A stretch of 64,000 nucleotides of DNA, from contig OZ287758.1 in assembly GCA_965649765.1 (NCBI GenBank), positions 1,488,001-1,552,000 of the forward strand. The letters run 5' to 3'. Under the pieces are notes generated by a model that ran no database searches, was not told the origin of the DNA, and was given only the letters and a program-made list of their open reading frames with translations. This DNA comes from Bispira polyomma. Taxonomy: Eukaryota. The position numbers were made by a program, and so were the translations under genes. Each line of letters starts with the position of its first letter. The stretch's first letter is position 1. This document shows, one piece after another, positions 46,771 through 61,420 of this stretch.

Positions 46771-49700
46771 ACGATAAAATGACGAAAAACTGCTGAAACT
46801 CACCATTTATTTGCGTAATATTATACTTTTTGGTATCGTTTTTAAAGAGGACAGTCTTGTTCATAAAATGCACACCTTTTTAAAATATATTTACAAATTG
46901 TAGTAAACTATGATGATAAATGAAGAAACTTCCCCCCAAATTTTTGTTTTTGAAGTTGAATGACTGGCAAACGCTAATACATGTTTTGGTTGGTTCGCGC
47001 TAAATCTTGTAGTGGATTCGCGCTAAAATTGGTGGCAGATTCACGCTAATTCCCAAAAAATTAGTAATACAGTAAAAAGTACATTTCACATTAAATGTAT
47101 TTTATTTCTTAATAAAAAAAGATACAGTAAAATGTACATTACACATACAAAACATCATATTTTATTTCATAATAAAAAAATAATCAGGAATACAGCAAAA
47201 TGTTTAATATATGTTTTAAAGAGTATATTATTCAGGTATGTCTTATTTTGTTATAATCTATTATAAAATACTCCAAAAAACGTAAAGAGAAAAATATTCA
47301 CAACATTTCTTTTTTTGGCATACCTGTACAATTTTGTCATAACTTTGTTAATATTCCATGAATTTTGATTCTGCAAAAATTACATAATTTAGAATTATGT
47401 GACTCACAGAACATGGAACCAAAATTTCCTGAACATTTCAAACTCTTAAGATAAAGAATTGTTATCAGTGTCTTATCCTTATGAATCCGATTTTATTAAA
47501 AAAAAATTTCATTTCAACTTTCATTTCAAAATATTATATTTAGTCAATATTGAATATATTTTTAGTTTTGAAAAAAAAAAAATTTTTTGAACTAGGACAT
47601 ATTGTCTTTAATATCATATGTGTGTTATATTTGTAGGTTAGAAAGTGTCTGAGCTAGAAATATCAAATCAATTGCCTTCCTCAAAATATTGTGAATTTTT
47701 CAAATTTCTCAGGTAGCAACTCTTTGAACTAATCTTTCTCAGCTATTATATAAAATATTTTTATTCTGTGAAAAGTCCCAGAAAGCCTATTCATCTAGCT
47801 TCACGAATATGTAATTTGAATAATATATACACATATACTCACTGATATATGAGCATTTAATCAATAGCATCCACTCTAAAATATGCCATTTTTAACAATT
47901 TTGGATACACAGTATAACTTTAATAAATAATATCTTCATAATGATTTTATTGAATTAAAATTTGTGATTTTCATCACAAAGTACATAATAGGAGCTTTCT
48001 GGTGATAGAAAAACGAAAATTTTAGGTCAAGTATTTTTATAGAGACAGCCATTTAAGCAATTAACTTGGATAAAATCGCCCTGCTCATATATTTTTGTGG
48101 TGTTTTGTAGTTCTTCAGACAAAACCTGTAAACCTGTAGTTCATCATACGTTTGTATAGATGTATGCTATCCGGTACTTTTTACAGAATAAAAATTTAGT
48201 TTAACAGTTTAGAAAGTTTAAGTTGAAAGGAGTTACTTATTAGCAGGAATTACTCATAACCGTTTATTTGTATTCAATTGTCCATAATAAAAGCTTGGAC
48301 TGGACCTTTGGCCTTTCATAGTTGTAAGCAATATTATATTAGAATCAGGGTAACTTATACCATAATTAATTAAAGCAATGTTGGTCAACTCTGAGGTTTC
48401 TAAATGCTCTAGCTTTCCAGTCCACCTTGAATAAGTAACAATCATCAGCACACTGTGATATAATCTATCATTTGGGGTAGAAAAAGCAATACATACTAGT
48501 TGGTCAAGATTCAATACTAAAAATCACCAGGCATTGGCAACTGACAACTTTCCGACATTCTAAAAGCCACAACCAAGATTCCAACCGATGACTTCAGAGG
48601 TAGGAGGCGAATGGGTTACCCCACGACAGTGTCAGTGTTGGAATTATATATAAAAGTTACATTATCAATGTAGTTAAACACAGAAACCATAAAATGCCTA
48701 AAAAAAAGTAACAGTAAACGTGGTTGGACATTATCTGCAACAAGAGGGGTATTTTCCTGGAGGGGTCCATTGTGGCTGGACAACATCTGAAACAGGAGGG
48801 GTATTTTCCTGGAGGGTTTCATCTGGCTGGATAACATCTGAAACAAGAGGGTATGATCTGACTCCAACTGGGTCATCTCAAGGATTTGAACTCCCTTAGC
48901 ATTTCTCCACATATTATGTTTGTGTATGTTTGTCAAAACTATGATCTCAAACATGAAGGAATAATTCAATCTTAGAATCCCATGAAACAGAAAGAAATGC
49001 AACTATCTTCAAAACTATAGGTTGTATCCAATCATAAGGGTATACCCTGCATTAGCATTTATAATCCCCTAATTGGATTGCTTTTTTATGATAAGGTAAC
49101 TAATGTTGAACACATAATGAAGATGACAAGTTAGGCTTAAACATATAAGGGACAATATAGATGTATTAACAGATGTGTAAGTGAATTTTAAACCTACCTC
49201 CCAAGGTTTAGGCGATTTTAAAGCTAACTCCCAAGATTTAGGTGATTTCTCCCAACACTGTATATTGTACATTAGGCGATTTCTCCCAATCGCCCAGGGA
49301 GGTAGGCGATTGCCTCCGAGTTTTACAAGGAACCCTTAGACTTGGACAAAACTTGTGTCCACAAAGTTTGAGGTTGAGACTAAAAGTTGATAGAGGTAAA
49401 GTGAATTTACAAGATGAAGGGATTTCAAATGATAAAAAAGACGGTTTTATTTGGTTAAATGGCTGTATCTATATAAATACGTGACCTAAAATTTTTATTT
49501 TTGCAGCACCACATCCACCATTTTGTCTGACAAATAAACGATGGCAGCCGTGAAATGTCAATACATATAATTGGAAAATATTATTTATTGGAGGATATAT
49601 AATTAACGTTTTTGCTATATTTATTTGATATTCATTATGTGAAATAGAATGTGATAGTTTGTTATAGGTGAAACATCAGCTGTCACGTACCACTAAATCA

Positions 49701-50364
49701 GGCTATAATGCCTTATCACACCTGCACCTGCAGGAATTTCTACAGACTCACTTGAGTCTTGCTTTATCCCAACTGGATCACCCGGAACCTTCAGGACATC
49801 TCCAAGTGCCAAAAGAGATTCACTACTGAATCAACAGATGCATCTCTAGGATATCTCCAAGTGCCAAACAGGTTCACTGATGAATCTCTCACACCTGTAG
49901 GATGTCTTCTAGTAGTAAATAGATTCACTGCTGAATCTCACACACAATCAAAAGGTATAAGACCTCAACCACTTCGGTATGGACACTGATTAGGCAATCT
50001 TCGAAGGGCTTATTATGCAAACTTAAATATGTGAACTAAAATTAAACAGAGCAGATAAGCAGGCAAGACAAGTAAACTATTCACATTTATTCACAATATA
50101 ATCCATATATATTAGAGTTTGTATAGAAATATTATAATTCATTAAAATAGAAGTTTCTTAATACTTATGGGCGATTTTACGTGGATCACCCAATAGACTT
50201 GATACAGTGGACAGACCCCCTGGCAGTTTATGTACTCCAGAATTTTTAATAATTGTCCTATTTTGATCATAGTATTCCTAAATTTGAGTTGGGCAACACA
50301 TGTGGCAGGGAAGAAGTAGTGAAAGTAAGTTCAGATGACAGTAAATCAGACAATTCTTACAACA

Positions 50365-50525
50365 AGCTTTGGTGGATAAAAGAACTGCACCTTAAGATTC
50401 CAGATAAGGAAATTTCATTGGAAAAGGCTTGTTGGCTAAATGATGCTTTAATAAATGCAGCTTTAGAAATTTTAAAGTGCCACTTTCCAAAAAAAAAAGG
50501 CCTTCAAGACTGCTTATTAATTCAT
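50365..50525 (+). pseudogene. Ulp1/SENP (C48) protease-like fragment, probably transposon-borne
   Basis: WWIKELHL...DKEI.LEKACWLNDALINAALEILKCHFP...GLQDCLL matches the WL.D.II.A...L...FP...GLQ N-terminal motif. The catalytic His/Asp/Cys region could not be recovered. Confidence 0.55.
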
Positions 50526-50809
50526 TTGAGATTGAGAAAAGCTAAACGACATTAGAATTATGATTTTAAAAAACAGTTTAAACTGATCGTGGTTGGCAAA
50601 TTTATTTCAATGGAACTAATGTCGACATGAAGAATGAATTGTATAAATGGATGTATCTATCTGAACATTTCTTCCAAAGATTTCGTTTTGGTATCACTAG
50701 AAAGCTCTTATAATGTACCTTGGGATAGGTTTCACTAATTATTATTTAAATAAAATGCTGATGAAAATATAGTTAAATTTGGATTGAAAATTAAAAATTG
50801 CTCAAATTT

Positions 50810-51210
50810 TAACCTCCAGTCCAACCTGCCACCCTGTAGAGAAGCCTAGTTCCATTCCAACTCTCATTCCAATCCCCATTTCAACCTGCCGTCCTGTAGA
50901 GAAGTATAACTCCATTCCAACCCCCATTCCAGCCTTCAGTACACCGTGCCTCCCTGTAGAAAAGTATATCTCTATTCCAACTCTGATTCCAACCCCCATT
51001 TCAACCTGCCGCCCTGTAGAGAAGCCTAGCCCCATTCCAACTCTTATTCCAACCCCTATTACAACCTGCCGCCCTGTAGAGAAGTATATCTACATCAACA
51101 CCCATTTCAATCTTTAGTCCAGCCTGCCTCCCTGTAGAGAAGTATATCTCCATTCCCATCCCCATTCCAACCTGCTGCCCTGTGCATTCCAACTCCCATT
51201 CTAACCTTCA
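50810..51210. repeat. Degenerate ~60-bp tandem repeat (caacctgccgccctgtagagaag...ccattccaac), about 7 units
   Basis: 60-nt periodicity is visible at 50821, 50881, 50941, 51001, 51061 and 51121. Confidence 0.8.
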
Positions 51211-51964
51211 GTAATTTTTGCTGGATTTTGCACTCTAAATGGTAATTATTTATTTAAAACTCAGAAATTACTGAAAATAAAATTTGCAATAAAATAAGAT
51301 AAGAAAGCTTGTTTTATTGTAAGTCCTGTGCTTTTTGTTGCATCAAAACTTAAATACAAGTACCCAGCTTATATAACCAGGGCGGCAGTACAGGGCTCCA
51401 TTCCGATTCCAGGTCTATTCCAAGGTATAGTATATACCTTCCTCTTCCAACTTTTAGTAGGTACCCTTATCCGAGGTTTAGAGCCCACCATTTTCGGTAC
51501 TGTTATTTTTTGTTGTCATTGACAACCGAAAAACGGCCATTACCTTTTGGATGTAAACAAAGACATGAAATCGTTTTGTTTAAGTTTTATTTATATATTA
51601 TGGAGTAATTTATACTTTAAATAAATATAAGTAATAAAAAATTAGTTTTATTTGGACAGAAGATGATATTTTTGTTTTAAGTTTAATATTATTTTATACA
51701 AAATTTAATGATGAATGTGACGTCACATTCACCAAGATGAATATGTCTGTCCACAGAAAACCATTTCTTATTATTGTATTCTATTATATAATTAATGGTT
51801 AAACTTATAAAATATACATGCAAAGATATAAAATTTACTGTGTTTTACAGTTTCTAATGTTTATACAAACATAAGGTATCTGATTTTGTTCTATTTTGAT
51901 CTATTTGTGACGTAAGCAGTATTATCGTTCAACTCGGACACCGTTCAACTCAGCCACCACGGGT

Positions 51965-52750
51965 GTACTTCTACTTAACATTAGAGGAGAGATCAAAACA
52001 TTCCCCACAATGACTTTAGGAGTACTTCTTAAGATTAGAGGAGAGACCAGAACATTCCTTACAATGAATTTAGGAGTAATTCTACATAACATTAGAGGGA
52101 AGACCAGAACATTCCCCACAATGACTTTAGGAGTACGTCTACATAACATTAGAGGGAAGACCAGAACATTCCCCACAATGACTTTAGGAGTATGTCTACA
52201 TAACATTAGAGGGAAGACCAGAACATTCCCCACAATGACTTTAGGAGTACGTCTACATAACATTAGAGGAGAGACCAGAACATTCCCCACAATGACTTTA
52301 GAAGTACGTCTACATAACATTAGAGGAGAGACCAGAACATTCCCCACAATGAGTTTAGGAGTACATCTACATAACATTAGAGGAGAGACCAGAACATTCC
52401 CCACAAAGACTTTAGGAGTACGTCTACATAACATTAGAGGAGAGACCAGAACATTCCCCACAGTGACTTTTAGGGTTACTTCTACTTAAGATTAGAGGAG
52501 AGACCAGAACATTCCCCACAATGACTTTCAGAGTAGTTCTACTTAAGATTAGAGGAAACACTAGAACATTCCTTACAATGATTTAGGAGTAATTCTACTG
52601 AACATTAGAGGAGAGACCAGAACATTTCCACAATGACTTTTAGGGTTACTTCTACTTAAGATTAGAGGAGAGATAAGAACATTCCCCACAATGACTTTCA
52701 GAGTAGTTCTACTTAAGATTAGAGGAAAGACCAGAACATTTCTCACAATC
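51965..52750. repeat. Second array of the 57/58-bp satellite, about 14 units
   Basis: Same unit and orientation as 46038-46770. The 57-nt units create 19-aa repeat ORFs on both strands. Confidence 0.93.
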
Positions 52751-55291
52751 ATAAAAAAGGAAAAGTACAAAGGAGAAGTTGTTGTCATTTCAGAAATTGA
52801 ACTAATGGAAAATGAAAACTCTATTTTGGGATTATACAATTTTTTTTAATAAAAGGGCTGAATTACTGCGCAATACTGAAATGAAAGGAAAGATATTCAG
52901 ATCGAATTCAATGGTTCAATGAAGAAGAAAAGCCAATAAAATTTTTCTCTTCTTAAGAAATATTATACATTGCTATATGAATTACCATATGTAGTACTGC
53001 AGGTAGGGTTACCTTAAGGCTAGGTGGTATGTTCACCTTAAGTGTCGCCTTAGACTCAGCTCTTTAGGTAAAAGTAGTAAGCTAATGTATTAATAATGGA
53101 TGTATGTATATAGATAGATATATATGATGTGTGTCAACAAATAACCAAAAGTGTATCAAATGTTTGCCTGTCTTAATTGACCTTATCTGACCTTGGTGGT
53201 TGGCTAGACTATAACAGTTATGACATAGCTTTTTACTACCAGGTGACACTTTTCAAATTTGCATATTGAATTAATTGAAACACATTTTGGAAAATGTACA
53301 AATGGTGTTGTTAGTTTTTTATCTGATAAGAATAGTATAGAATTTTCCTTCTGAATAATACAATAATGTAATCTGCATTTCACTCCTGACACGTTTACAC
53401 ATATATCAAAAGGAACTACCAATACTCAATTATGACCACTATTTCAACAATAGAAATATTTTAACTGTAAAAGAGTCATATACTGCATTATTAATTGTTT
53501 AGTATCGAACACATAGGTCTAGACAATGACATGGTGCATTTGGAAAACTATTGAAATCAACATTTGAGGTGATCATTACTACTAATACTACTCCATAGGT
53601 AGTAATGAATGTCAAAGCTGTCTATTGAACATTAAACTTATATTATCGAAGTTTGAATTTCTAAACAAATCATTATTGAGTAAAGTTAAACTATGACTTT
53701 CGAAACAATGTTTCACAATAGAGAAATGAGAAGATCAATATTCTAGTGAAGTCTGTAAATGTCAGTATGTCAGACAGGGAATAGCAGCTATACATCAGGC
53801 TGACACAGTTACCAACACAGACACATAGCAATGACTTTTGTGTTGGAATACATCCCTTTGTACACTTTGTACATGTAGCTGTAAGAAATGTCAGTAAACA
53901 ATAACAATATTTACAAAAGACAATTATTGATACCTCATAATTGAATATATTCCCATAGAATTTAATTTAATTTTTTATTCAGTCCTAGTGCCTAGCTGAA
54001 GTATGTATACTGTAAAAATTTATAACTTGAAAATCAAATGAAATGTATAATTTGTCAATATACAATGTAATTAACTCACAATAATTATTAGCCTCTAAGA
54101 TTACCATTTGATGCTAAATTCAGATTCTTGTAAATTGAATTTTGTAGAAATGAAGGAGTGCTCAGTTCTTTAGCCATGATATTTTTCAAATGTTGTTGAT
54201 CCTGCATAGAGATATTGTGTGATCTCATCTAAATCTAAGCTAGCCATGTTTACTGGGCTAGTAGAAGCAACACATGTGTGTGTTGTAGTAGTGTGCTTAG
54301 TTATTCTCTATCCATCTATTAGCTCAGCATTGTGATTACCTCTTACACACATGTGAACGGTAATTTTTCTCATATACCCGAAGGTATACAATTCAAAATT
54401 TAACACCAAATTCCAGTCTCCACACACGTCCAGTCACCCGTTGTCCAAAGCCTGGACTCGTTTCGTCAGTGTTGTATATAAATATAAGTTATCCTCATTA
54501 GGCCCATATATCACAACAAAATAGAACAGCATGTCTGCAACCTTGAGACCAACAAATTTTCCCTACTTTCTTTATATACGTCAACAATAGTACAGTCTAA
54601 ATTTTGACTAAAAAGAACTGCCACTTCCCTTACTAGAACTTGAGTAGGAGCTGAAGGAACAATCATAACCCCAGCCCTGCATAAACGAGTTTTCAGCATT
54701 TCATTTGAATGCATATCCTGAATACACAAGATGTTGCAGTTTATGTTTTTAGGCCAAGCAAACCGATATGTTCTTTTTTATTTATCACCCAAATCCCCTG
54801 CATTCATTCAACCAATAGACAAATTGGTCATTCTAGAACAGTTATTCTACTCTTAAGTATGACACAATTGATTTTAGTAATAATCTACCCAGTAGTATCA
54901 CATAACAATTTTTAAATACATTATCCAACATATTGAACAATATATTTTAACCTGTGTAAACTGATTACTTTGTCCACACGTAAAGCTGGAGGAACACACT
55001 GAAATAAAATATCACAACAAACCAAAGGCATCAAATGGTTTTTCTGTCTGAAGCACCTAAGCTGCTCACAAAGTGTATTTGGATCCCAGAATATTTTATT
55101 TCAGCACAACTCACGGAAAGGAAGAAAACAAAAACAGTAAACAATTATAATACTAACATACAACCCCAAATAAATTGATTTCGTCATTTGGAATATAATT
55201 GTTAATCTTAAATTTATATAGTGCAACAATCTATGTCCAGGCATGCTCTATTGCACACATTACAATTAAGTTCCAACACGAGTAGGCTGGT

Positions 55292-57327
55292 ACAAAGGTT
55301 TGTAATCAGAGTCCAGTCCCAACTGCCAGACATGTGTTATGTCAGAAAGGTTTGTAATCAGAGTCCAGTCCTCATTGTCAGACATATGTTATGTCACAAA
55401 GGTTTGTGATCAGAGTCCAGTCCCAACTGGCAGACATGTGTTATGTCACAAAGGTTTGTGATCAGAGTCCAGTCCCAACTGGCAGACAAGTGTTATGTCA
55501 CAAAGGTTTGTGATCCGAGTCCAGTCCCAACTGGCAGACATGTGTTATGTCACAAAGGTTTGTGATCAGAGTCCAGTCCCAACTGGCAGACATGTGTTAC
55601 GTCAGAAAGGTTTGTGATCAGAGTCCAGTCCCAACTGGCAGACATATGTTATGTCAGAAAGGTTTGGGTTCAGAGTCCAGTCCCAACTGGCAGACATGTG
55701 TTATGTCAGAAAGGTTTGTGATCAGAGTCCAGTCCTAACTGGCAGACATATCTTATGTTAGAAAGGTTGATGATCAGAGTCCAGTCCCAACTGGCAGACA
55801 TGTGTTATGTCACAAAGGTTTGTGATCTGAGTCCAGTCCCAACTGACAGACATGTGTTATGTCAGAAAGGTTTGTGATCTGAGTCCAGTCCCAACTGGCA
55901 CACATATGTTATGTCAGAAAGGTTTGGGTTCAGAGTCCAGTCCCAACTGACAGACATGTGTTATGTCAGAAAGGTTTGTGATCAGAGTCCAGTCCCAACT
56001 GCCAGACATGTGTCATGTCAGAAAGGTTTGTGATCAGAGTCCAGTCCCAACTGGCAGGCATATGAAATGTCAAAAAGGTTTGGGTTCAGAGTTCAGTCCC
56101 AACTGGCAGACATGTGTCATGTCAGAAAGGTTTGTAATCAGAGTCCAGTCCCAACTGGCAGACATGTGTCATGTCAGAAAGGTTTGTAATCAGAGTCCAG
56201 TCCTAATTGGCAGATATGTGTTATGTCAGAAAGGTTTGTGATCAGAGTCCAGTCCTAATTGGCAGACATGTGTTATGTCAGAAAGATTTGTGATCAGAGT
56301 CCAGTCCCAACAGGCAGACATGTGTCATGTCAGAAAGGTTTGGGTTCAGAGTCCAGTCCCAGCTGGCAGACATGTGTCATGTCAGAAAGGTTTGTGATCT
56401 GAGTCCAGTCCTAATTGTCAGACATATGTTATGTCACAAAGGTTTGTGATCAGAGTCCAGTCCTAATTGTCAGACATGTGCCTTGTCAGAAAGGTTTGTG
56501 ATCTGAGTCCAGTCCCAACTGACAGACATGTGTTATGTCAGAAAGGTTTGTGATCTGAGTCCAGTCCCAACTGGCACACATATGTTATGTCAGAAAGGTT
56601 TGGGTTCAGAGTCCAGTCCCAACTGGCAGACATATGTCATGTCAGAAAGGTTTGTAATCAGAGTCCAGTCCTAATTGGCAGACATGTGTTATGTCAGAAA
56701 GGTTTGTGATAAAAGTTCAGTCCCAACAGGCAGACATATGTCATGTCAGAAAGGTTTGGGTTCAAAGTCCAGTCCCAACTGGCAGACATGTGTCATGTCA
56801 GAAAGGTTTGTGATCTGAGTCCAGTCCCAACTGACAGACATGTGTCATGTCAGAAATGTTTTTGATCAAATTCCAGTCCCAACTTGCAGACATATGTCAT
56901 GTTAAAAAGGTTTGGGTTCAGAGTCCAGTCCCAACTGGCAGACATGTGTCATGTCAGAAAGGTTTGGGATCAGAGTCCAGTCCCAACTGGCAGACATATG
57001 TTATGTCACAAAGGTTTGTGATCTGAGTCCAGTCCCAACTGGCAGACATGTGTCATGTCAGAAAGGTTTGGGTTCAGAGTCCAGTCCCAACTGGCAGACA
57101 TGTGTCATGTCAGAAAGGTTTGTGATCAGAGTCCAGTCCCAACTGGCAGACATATGAAATGTCAGAAAGGTTTGGGTTCAGAGTCCAGTCCCAACTGGCA
57201 GACATGTGTCATGTCACAAAGGCTTGTAATCAGAGTCCAGTCCCAACTGGCGGACATATCTTATGTCAGAAAGGTTTGGGTTCAGAGTCCAGTCCCAACT
57301 TGCAGACATGTGTTATGTCAGAAAGGT
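55292..57327. repeat. 52-bp satellite (aaaggtttgtgatcagagtccagtcccaactggcagacatgtgttatgtcag), about 39 units
   Basis: Period of 52 (e.g. caaagg at 55449 and 55501). ORFs cycle through three frames every 52 aa. Confidence 0.95.
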
Positions 57328-57361
57328 GAGTTGATACAGATGGATTTGCAGGTTCTGGCGA

Positions 57362-58070
57362 TAATCTAATCTAATCTTTTATAGCTCTTAATCTCCTTCT
57401 TAGGGAATTCTAAGGCGCAGCACAGTATCATCATTCAATTCGCAGTGAATTTAGGGCTATGGTGGAAAAGCCATGTGGAATAAGTAGGTTTTAAGTTTTT
57501 TTCTAAAGGATGTAAGTGAGGTTGCACAACGAATTTCGGCAGGTAATTCATTCAAAATTGTTGGCGCATCATGGGCAAAGCTATTGTTAAACTGACGTTT
57601 TGATTTGTGTACTGCTGAGATAAATCTTGGAACAGTCAGGTAACTTTTTTCCGGTCTGCCCCTTCTAGTATTATACCTGCATGTGTAAAGTGTGAGGTAT
57701 GGAATCCAGTATGCTGGGAGGCCATAATTTAAGAATTTGTAGACTAAGGTGGCTGTTTTGAACATATATCTAAATTCAATGGGTAACCAGTGGAGACTTC
57801 TTAAGACCGGAGTAACACGAGAGTACTTGGAATGGTTGGCCACCAGTCTGGGTAATGAGTTTTTATAAAGACAATTACAGTAGTCAAGCCGACTTGTAAC
57901 TAGGGCATTTGCGACTATAGTAGCAGTACTGGCTGAAAAAAGCGCCTAATCCTTCTTAGATCCCTCATTTGAATAAAGCAAGACTTGCAAACTTCATGAA
58001 CTTGTTTGGAGAAGGAAAACGTAGAATCAAACCACACCCCCAGGTTCTTGGCAGCACTTGCAGGGTGAGT
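57362..58070 (-). mobile_element. 5'-truncated L2-group LINE 3' end
   Basis: AKNLGVWFDSTFSF...ALVTSRLDYCN...LHWLPIEFR...FRKKLKTYLF..AFPP, then a 3' UTR and an (ATTAG)n tail. Confidence 0.88.
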
Positions 58071-60059
58071 TCTCTTTATAACTGTTATTTCTCATGTACT
58101 GCTTTATTGTACTGAATAATACAAGAGCCTTCCTTATTAGTGTGAACTACTTTATCCCAGATGTAAGAAACTTTAACATTTAGTCTGTTCTGTCCAATAA
58201 CAGAACGCTTGAGGAGCAGGATTAACACAAAATGGCAATAACTTGAAAGATTTGTAAGACTTAACTTGGTCAGGCAAAGAGCAATTCTTGGTCCTAGGAT
58301 GACAGGTGCAAGACAAAGTCACGAATTCAAAATTGTGAAGAAATTGATTGGAGCAAATTTTCACTGTTGCCCCAATTTTGAGTTAACGGATAATTACATG
58401 TTTAAATTTTCACTGGACATTACTTTTCCTACCCAAGCTGATAAGAAACAAATAGCTAAAATTATTTCCTTGTGACAATTTGAACTAATACAGTAAATTT
58501 ATTGATGACTCATATTTGCTGTCTCTCTAATTATCTGAAGTTTAAACTAAAGGGAGTATTTTCATTCTGCCATCAAATGTTCTTTGTTTGTCATATTTAT
58601 TGTAATAATAATGACTACTCATTAATAGTAGATAAAGCCAATATTTTAAACCAATGCTTTGATGTTTCAATGTACCTCTATTCAGAGCAATTAAGTTTAA
58701 CAAAATGTTTTCCAAGAAAGCAATTTGCAATTATCTCGTTGGTATTTTGAATAGTGGCTGTATTAAATCGCCCACACATAGAAACTATCACACAGATAGT
58801 TTGTAGTGCAAACACACAAAGAATGGCTCATGCATAGATAAAATCAATGCCATGTTATTGCTCTTAAACACAAACTTCCAATACACCTAATCAGATCACT
58901 AGTGCTAGGAAGATGGGACAGGTTGTGTGGATTGTGTCGGTTTTTTTGGTTGTCCAGTGTGTGACCGCAGTGTGGCGTCCACCGTATAGATATGGTAAGG
59001 AGACATTTCATATGAACTATGTACATGATTGGAAATAGGACCCATTTTATTGAGATGGTAAGGAGGTTTTATATCATCAACTATTTACATGTGTGGTAAA
59101 ATAGGGGCATATTTTAATACCATCATGGGCAGTTCACAGTTGGAGAAAATTAGGAACAGGGTAAATGGTCAAAGATTTCTTCACTGCAAACAACCAGCCT
59201 TCAGCAGGTTTATTGCCAACACATGTGTTTTCTGTATAAAGTTCATATGCATGAGGATAAAAAAAGATAAATTACAATAAATTTTTTAAATTGTGTTGCA
59301 TAAAAATCCATTTAGAAATGGATATTTAACTTTAAAGATGGATAGCCATTTTTATGTGTTTACGTTATATGTAAATATATGTTGGCAATTCTTGCCAAGT
59401 CAATTGTCAGAGGTTCCTAATTTGCATAAAATTAGTCCATCGTCGCTCATATGGCTTCTACTAACATCAACACCAATAAAATTTATCATGGACATTCATC
59501 ACACCTAATCAGTGGACTAAAGGCATTATCCTGTGCTATATACATAAATAGAAATGAACATTTCCTCTTGTATAAAATAAATAAATTTCATTTTTTAAAC
59601 CAAGATTTTGCTAAATGGTGAATTTTAATAGTTTTTTACAATCTTAACTATGCCCCTAATCTTTAAAATTTAGTTATGATTAGGATGGCGCTTGAGGTTC
59701 TGCTTGACGGAAGATTTAGCAAATTAACTGTTGCTTCTTTTTGCAATTTCAGGTTTCCCAAGGTATAACTACTATGATTCTTGCAATCCCTGCAAAATGA
59801 GGGCTCAAGAAGGTAGGTACACGCTAATTGACTTTGTTAACCTACTTTGCTGATTAGTGGCTCAATCATCTAAACACCTCAAGGTCAACTCACACTCAAT
59901 CTCAAAACAGATGTATCCTTAATCTACGGTAAGTACATGACAAACATTCCCACATAAAAAGGGAACAGGATTCAAACCCACACTGGTGATAAGCCATTGA
60001 TTGTGAAACGTTTTTATTGTGAACAATACGAAAATAAAAGGAATACTGTTAATTATTTT

Positions 60060-60680
60060 GAGTTTAAATTGTCACAATGTGCGGACGATACTACTCTGAT
60101 CCTATATGGTACTTCTAAATCTTTTGCAGCTGCTCTTTACACTACAGATAAAATACAGATTGTTTGGATTGTATGAAAAGTTACCAAACCAGAGAATCCA
60201 ATGGTGTACTACAAAATTGGATTAACATTTATGTAGACTTAGCCAAAATGTCAAACTTTTTATAAAACTCTCAAAAATAAAAGCATTTATAAACAACTGG
60301 AATACAAGTAGGCTTACACCATTTGGAAATGTAACCATGATCAAAAAGTTTTGTCAAATTATGACCTTCCATGGCTCCATTTAAGAATTTTGTATCAAAT
60401 TTTAGAAAATATCTATTAAAAATGGTACAACAAAGGATAGTCTGTTAACAAAGACCAAAACTATTACATATGTTAGTGTGAGGTTGTAAAATTTTGGAAA
60501 GTCATTAAAAATTATATTTTGGACGTGTCAGATGTAACAATTCAGTAGTTTTAGTATAATATTTGGCCATCATTTATTGGACCAAAGGAGAATATTTATT
60601 AATACTTTAGTCTTAGCAGCTAAGAAATATATATATGATTGTGCTTTATTAAATAATCATCTAAAGGTCTCCTGACATTG
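60060..60680 (+). mobile_element. Highly degenerate L1/Tx1 RT relic
   Basis: KLSQCADDTTLILYGTSKSFAAAL (QYADDTT motif) and W...RLTPFGNVTMIK. Confidence 0.6.
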
Positions 60681-61239
60681 AATACATCTAATATAACATG
60701 ACATCTGTATTTGATGAATCACCCTGATCACCTTTGGACTTTTCTAGCATCATAGCTAATGTTATAGACCACACACTGTAGCACGGTTTTAAAACATTAT
60801 TTACAATTTTACTTGTTTACTTAATATTACAGATCTTATCTTTGTTTAGATATTTAATAATATTGGAAAATTTGGCACTTTTATTTACGATATGTACATG
60901 TCTGTAATTTCATTAATAAATTTGCTATGCTTTAACGTTAAATATCTGAGAAAAGAATAATTCAGTAGTGCTATATATCGTTTAAATAATGTAACTTACC
61001 ATCTTAGCCAGTATTAAGCATATATTTTATTGATTACTTTATTATTATTTAACATATTATCTTGTGTATGTTTTGCATTTTGAAATACCTAAAAAAAAAA
61101 CTTTATCAAGTTAAACAAAAAAAACACAACAACAATGGAGTAGCTACATATCAATGTAACCCAAGCTGAAACCAAAAGAGTTAAGTAAAACTTTTACAAT
61201 AAAAAAATAAAACTGGGAATAATTTTAATGGTATCTAAA

Positions 61240-61420
61240 TACAACTCTAGATCAGTACAAAAAAAGAAAATGATCTATTCTGGATTGGTTTACACCAAAA
61301 CATGTTTATTCCCGTCTTGTATATCTAAGTGCATCTGGATGCTTTAATCTCTATAGATCAACAAGATCTAAAAGCTCTATTACCTCTACAACTTTTTGCC
61401 ATATCCAGGATTTTTTGTGG
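61240..61420 (-). mobile_element. L1/Tx1 endonuclease relic
   Basis: The minus strand gives ELLDLVDL*R...PDALRYTRRE....VNQSRIDHF. Confidence 0.5.

Noticed and set aside
51922-52489. 19-aa repeat ORFs on both strands
   Set aside because: They arise from 57-nt satellite units. The same satellite has 58-nt frame-breaking units elsewhere, so there is no coding constraint.
55292-57327. CRISPR-like array or repeat protein
   Set aside because: Contiguous 52-bp tandem units with no unique spacers, a period not divisible by 3, eukaryotic context and no cas genes.
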